Below, piece by piece: positions 46,743 through 49,731 of a stretch of DNA of 49,731 nucleotides; within the stretch, counting starts at the first letter, position 1; each line of letters starts with the position of its first letter. Source of the DNA: Patescibacteria group bacterium. GTDB taxonomy: Bacteria; Patescibacteriota; Microgenomatia; Daviesbacterales; UBA10151. Both the position numbers and the translations under genes were made by a program. Location: positions 1 to 49,731 of the forward strand of contig JAHIUE010000080.1 in the NCBI GenBank assembly GCA_018817205.1, read 5' to 3'. The notes under the pieces are model-generated. The model was not told where the DNA came from. It searched no databases and saw nothing but the letters and a program-made list of their open reading frames with translations.

Positions 46743-47764
46743 TCCGTCAACCTTTCATAAACTTTTACTGTTTGCTGTGCGGCTTTTTCCCAGGAAAATT
46801 GCTTAACTCTCTCAAAACCTTTTTTTATTAAATCCTGTCTTAACACATTGTCATTTATTATCACATTAAGTTTCTCTCTTATATCCTTTACTTTATAAGG
46901 ATCGGCATATAAAGCTGCATCTCCTCCTACCTCCGGCATGGAAGATACACTCGAGGTAATAACCGGAAGTCCTACCGAAAATGCATCCAGTATGGGAATA
47001 CCAAAACCTTCGTAAAGTGAAGGGTAAAGTAAAACTTGCGCTGAAGCATAAAGTAATTCCAACTCTTCTGTACTCAACCAGGGGAGAGTAATACCTGCGA
47101 TTACCAAATTATAATCTCGGCAGATCTCTTTTACTCTTGTTAAATTTCTTCTCTCCCCTACCCCTCCTATTGCCAATACAAACCTATCCGGCAGCTTATA
47201 CTTCTCCCTAAATTTTTTAATCTTTTCATCAGATTGTGGTCTATAATTGCCGGTCGGCCCTTCATAAATTACTGTTATTTTATCTTCCGGAATATTTGAA
47301 ACTTGCAGCAGATCCTTCTTGGTAGACTCTGAAACTGCAACCACGCAATCTATCTCTTTTTCTACCAGTTTTAATCGTCTTTTGTGAATATCAACAATTT
47401 TCGGATGTGACCACTGAGGATATTTCAAAGGCACAACGTCATGATAGGTTGTCACTTTCTTTGTCTTACTCGGAGGTTGAATCCAATCAGACGAGTGAAA
47501 AATGTCTATGGGTCCAATAAATCTCTCAATTGGTACTTTTCGCCATCTGTTAAAGAAAGGTTCAAAAAGAGTTGGAGGAAGTTTAAATGACTTTACATTT
47601 TTAAGACCTCCTTTATATGATTTTCGCAGTGAAGAGTAGAAATAAACCATCTCAAGGTTGGAAAGTAAAGATAGCTTTTCAGCTAAATTTTTTACATAAG
47701 TTGCAACACCACCCTGATGGGCAAGCTGCGATATATCCATACCCACTCGAATATTTTTATCCAT
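46739..47764 (-). CDS. GT4 glycosyltransferase
   Basis: GGVATY, TTYHD, PSLYEGFGIPILDA. Confidence 0.93.
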   Translation of the reverse strand: MDKNIRVGMDISQLAHQGGVATYVKNLAEKLSLLSNLEMVYFYSSLRKSYKGGLKNVKSFKLPPTLFEPFFNRWRKVPIERFIGPIDIFHSSDWIQPPSKTKKVTTYHDVVPLKYPQWSHPKIVDIHKRRLKLVEKEIDCVVAVSESTKKDLLQVSNIPEDKITVIYEGPTGNYRPQSDEKIKKFREKYKLPDRFVLAIGGVGERRNLTRVKEICRDYNLVIAGITLPWLSTEELELLYASAQVLLYPSLYEGFGIPILDAFSVGLPVITSSVSSMPEVGGDAALYADPYKVKDIREKLNVIINDNVLRQDLIKKGFERVKQFSWEKAAQQTVKVYERLTE

Positions 47765-47773
47765 ATGAATATT

Positions 47774-49117
47774 TTACATTCTTTCCAAGATATCTGCTGT
47801 TCCAACGCTATCAATTTTTCGATAATTTTCATTTATGTATCTGTCAATACTCGGTGCAAAATCCCTAAGTCTACGGTTTTCGATCAAAACTGTTTTATCG
47901 GAAACTACAAACCGAGGTTTATCTTTTATAATCCCTTCCAGAATTCTACTTTCTGCAACTTGCATAAACCAGGGGAACTGAAAGACAAAAATATCTCCCG
48001 CCGGCATAGTGCTCGACATCTGATATAGATGAGGTTGCCCTCCAAAAACAAATATTTTCTCTCCAGGATTTGTATAATCCTTAATTTTGGCAGCCAAATT
48101 CTTAGTATGGGAATCAAAAGCAATCACTCGATCCCCCAGATGACCCTTATAAAAAGTCATCAGCCACCAAACTGCAATCAGTAAATACCCCATCCATATT
48201 CCTAATCTCCTCAATTTCCCCAATCCTCCCAATCCGTAAACGGTAGCCAAAACAGCAAAAGGCAAAGCGGGTTGAAAATGTACGAAGTCAAACCTGGTAG
48301 AAAGTCCTATCAGTGTTCCTATTAAAAAAATCAAAAGGATTTGTGCTTCCGTTAGTTTAATTTTTCTAATTACTAAAAAGGCTAAACCAAACACTAAAGC
48401 TACTCTGGAAAAATGAGCCAAGTCAGGACCTATCCCTCTACCGAATTGAGCAAACGTTGTCAGATTAAAAATAACAGTCCAGTACCAAAAATCCGTAAAC
48501 ACCCCCAAAATCCAAAAGTAAAAAAACACAATGACAATTGGTGGAAGGAGTCCTGATAAATATTTAAGTACAGCTTTAAACTTTTTATCTTTCCAAAAAA
48601 GATATATTAAAACAAAAAAAGACAAGGGGATTAAAACCTGTTTAAAAACAATTCCGATACCGAGCAATAACCCGGTTATAAAAATTTTTCTTTTATATAA
48701 AGCGTAAAAAGCAGGCAGCAGTACTAACGGCAAAAAACTGTCAATCCATAAAACCCAACCCTCAAAAAAGGGCTGCCATATTAAATATAGAATATTTACG
48801 AGTAATGCTTTTGTCTTACTTTTCAAAATTCCACGGCTTACAAAAAAGAGCATAACTTGTGTAATAAGAGCAAGAAAAATTGACCAAATTCTCGCTATTT
48901 CCGGAGTAGTCATCCCCAAATTATTTAAGTTGATTGGCAAAAACATCAGTCCCGGAAAGTGTTGATCTAAAATTTGACCGTAAGGCTTTAGGTCATGATT
49001 TGTTAAATACGGATAAATAAAAAGTTCAGGATAAGGAAAAAAAATAAGCTTTGTTAATATCAAAGCATGAAAAGATATTATTACAATCAACAAACCAATA
49101 ATTAATTTATTTGACAT
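47774..49117 (-). CDS. GT-C-like polytopic membrane glycosyltransferase
   Basis: PY..I.DQHFPG loop, KQ motif, multiple TMs, soluble C-terminal domain; start uncertain. Confidence 0.75.
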   Translation of the reverse strand: MSNKLIIGLLIVIISFHALILTKLIFFPYPELFIYPYLTNHDLKPYGQILDQHFPGLMFLPINLNNLGMTTPEIARIWSIFLALITQVMLFFVSRGILKSKTKALLVNILYLIWQPFFEGWVLWIDSFLPLVLLPAFYALYKRKIFITGLLLGIGIVFKQVLIPLSFFVLIYLFWKDKKFKAVLKYLSGLLPPIVIVFFYFWILGVFTDFWYWTVIFNLTTFAQFGRGIGPDLAHFSRVALVFGLAFLVIRKIKLTEAQILLIFLIGTLIGLSTRFDFVHFQPALPFAVLATVYGLGGLGKLRRLGIWMGYLLIAVWWLMTFYKGHLGDRVIAFDSHTKNLAAKIKDYTNPGEKIFVFGGQPHLYQMSSTMPAGDIFVFQFPWFMQVAESRILEGIIKDKPRFVVSDKTVLIENRRLRDFAPSIDRYINENYRKIDSVGTADILERM

Positions 49118-49730
49118 AATGATAAATAAATCCCACTCCATGAAAATCTCTAATATCTTTCTCTTTATATCCTAAATTAATTAATTTCTTTGCAACAAAC
49201 CTATTGGGATCGCTTATCTGCACTAAATAATCAACTAAATAAACATCTTCATTATCTTTGAGTAAATCTCCTAAATCTGCAACCGAACTTTCATCTTTAG
49301 CAGGAAAATCTTTTAGGGCTCCTTTTGCATTCAGGCTATCGCCGGCATAATAATCAAAAGGAGGCAATGTCCCAGAGCTTTCAAATAATATAATTTGTGG
49401 TTGAATATTCCTAAAAAAGAGGACTAGACTTTTCCAGTTGTCTCTTTGGTAATTGGGATTTAACAAATAAACTAAGGAGCAAAAAATTTCTATAAATAAA
49501 ACAGTAATTAAAATGCCATATTTTAATCTATTCTTAAAAGACATGATGCCGCTTGCGATTAAAATAACAAAACTAAGAATGATAAACAGAACCCTAAAAT
49601 AGCTGTATACCGGAATAAAAAAAGAAATAATTGTTGCTATTATGGGAGGAACAATGAGCCATGATAAAAGCAGTTTTCTGGGTGTATCGGCCACATGTTT
49701 TGCGCCGCGCAATAAAAGATAAACAAACAA
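49107..49730 (-). CDS. Partial (C-terminal) GT-C-like membrane protein
   Basis: Runs off the window end; TMs followed by YQRDNW..FDYY soluble domain. Confidence 0.7.
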   Translation of the reverse strand: MFVYLLLRGAKHVADTPRKLLLSWLIVPPIIATIISFFIPVYSYFRVLFIILSFVILIASGIMSFKNRLKYGILITVLFIEIFCSLVYLLNPNYQRDNWKSLVLFFRNIQPQIILFESSGTLPPFDYYAGDSLNAKGALKDFPAKDESSVADLGDLLKDNEDVYLVDYLVQISDPNRFVAKKLINLGYKEKDIRDFHGVGFIYHYVK

Positions 49731-49731
49731 A

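Overview
Bacterial chromosomal segment, AT-rich, most likely from a CPR/Patescibacteria (Microgenomates-like) genome. That placement is an inference from the streamlined dcw cluster, alpha2 GlyRS, type-2 IleRS, DUF4012 protein and Shine-Dalgarno-poor starts. Four parts: (1) 1-7500, an accessory region 3' of tRNA-Val(CAC), with small ORFs, a structured leader plus YegP/GIY-YIG pair, a direct-repeat-bounded AbrB + DUF433/PIN toxin-antitoxin cassette, Fic, a nuclease remnant and an HD + split dikinase operon. (2) 7646-30927, core genes: lepB, parB, rpmA/rplU, rodA, ileS, dcw cluster mraZ to ftsZ, glyQS, recO. (3) 30938-49731, a surface glycan cluster. (4) 40761-45571, an insertion within that cluster. 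The best candidate for an undescribed system is in this insertion: a TrpR-like repressor with a perfect trp-type operator over its own promoter, followed by a transcriptional T-box riboswitch with an ultrashort Stem I (probable Trp specificity). This controls a Cys-rich radical SAM enzyme and an Asp/Glu-family racemase rather than trp or trpS genes. All calls were made by eye from motifs; no database searches were run.
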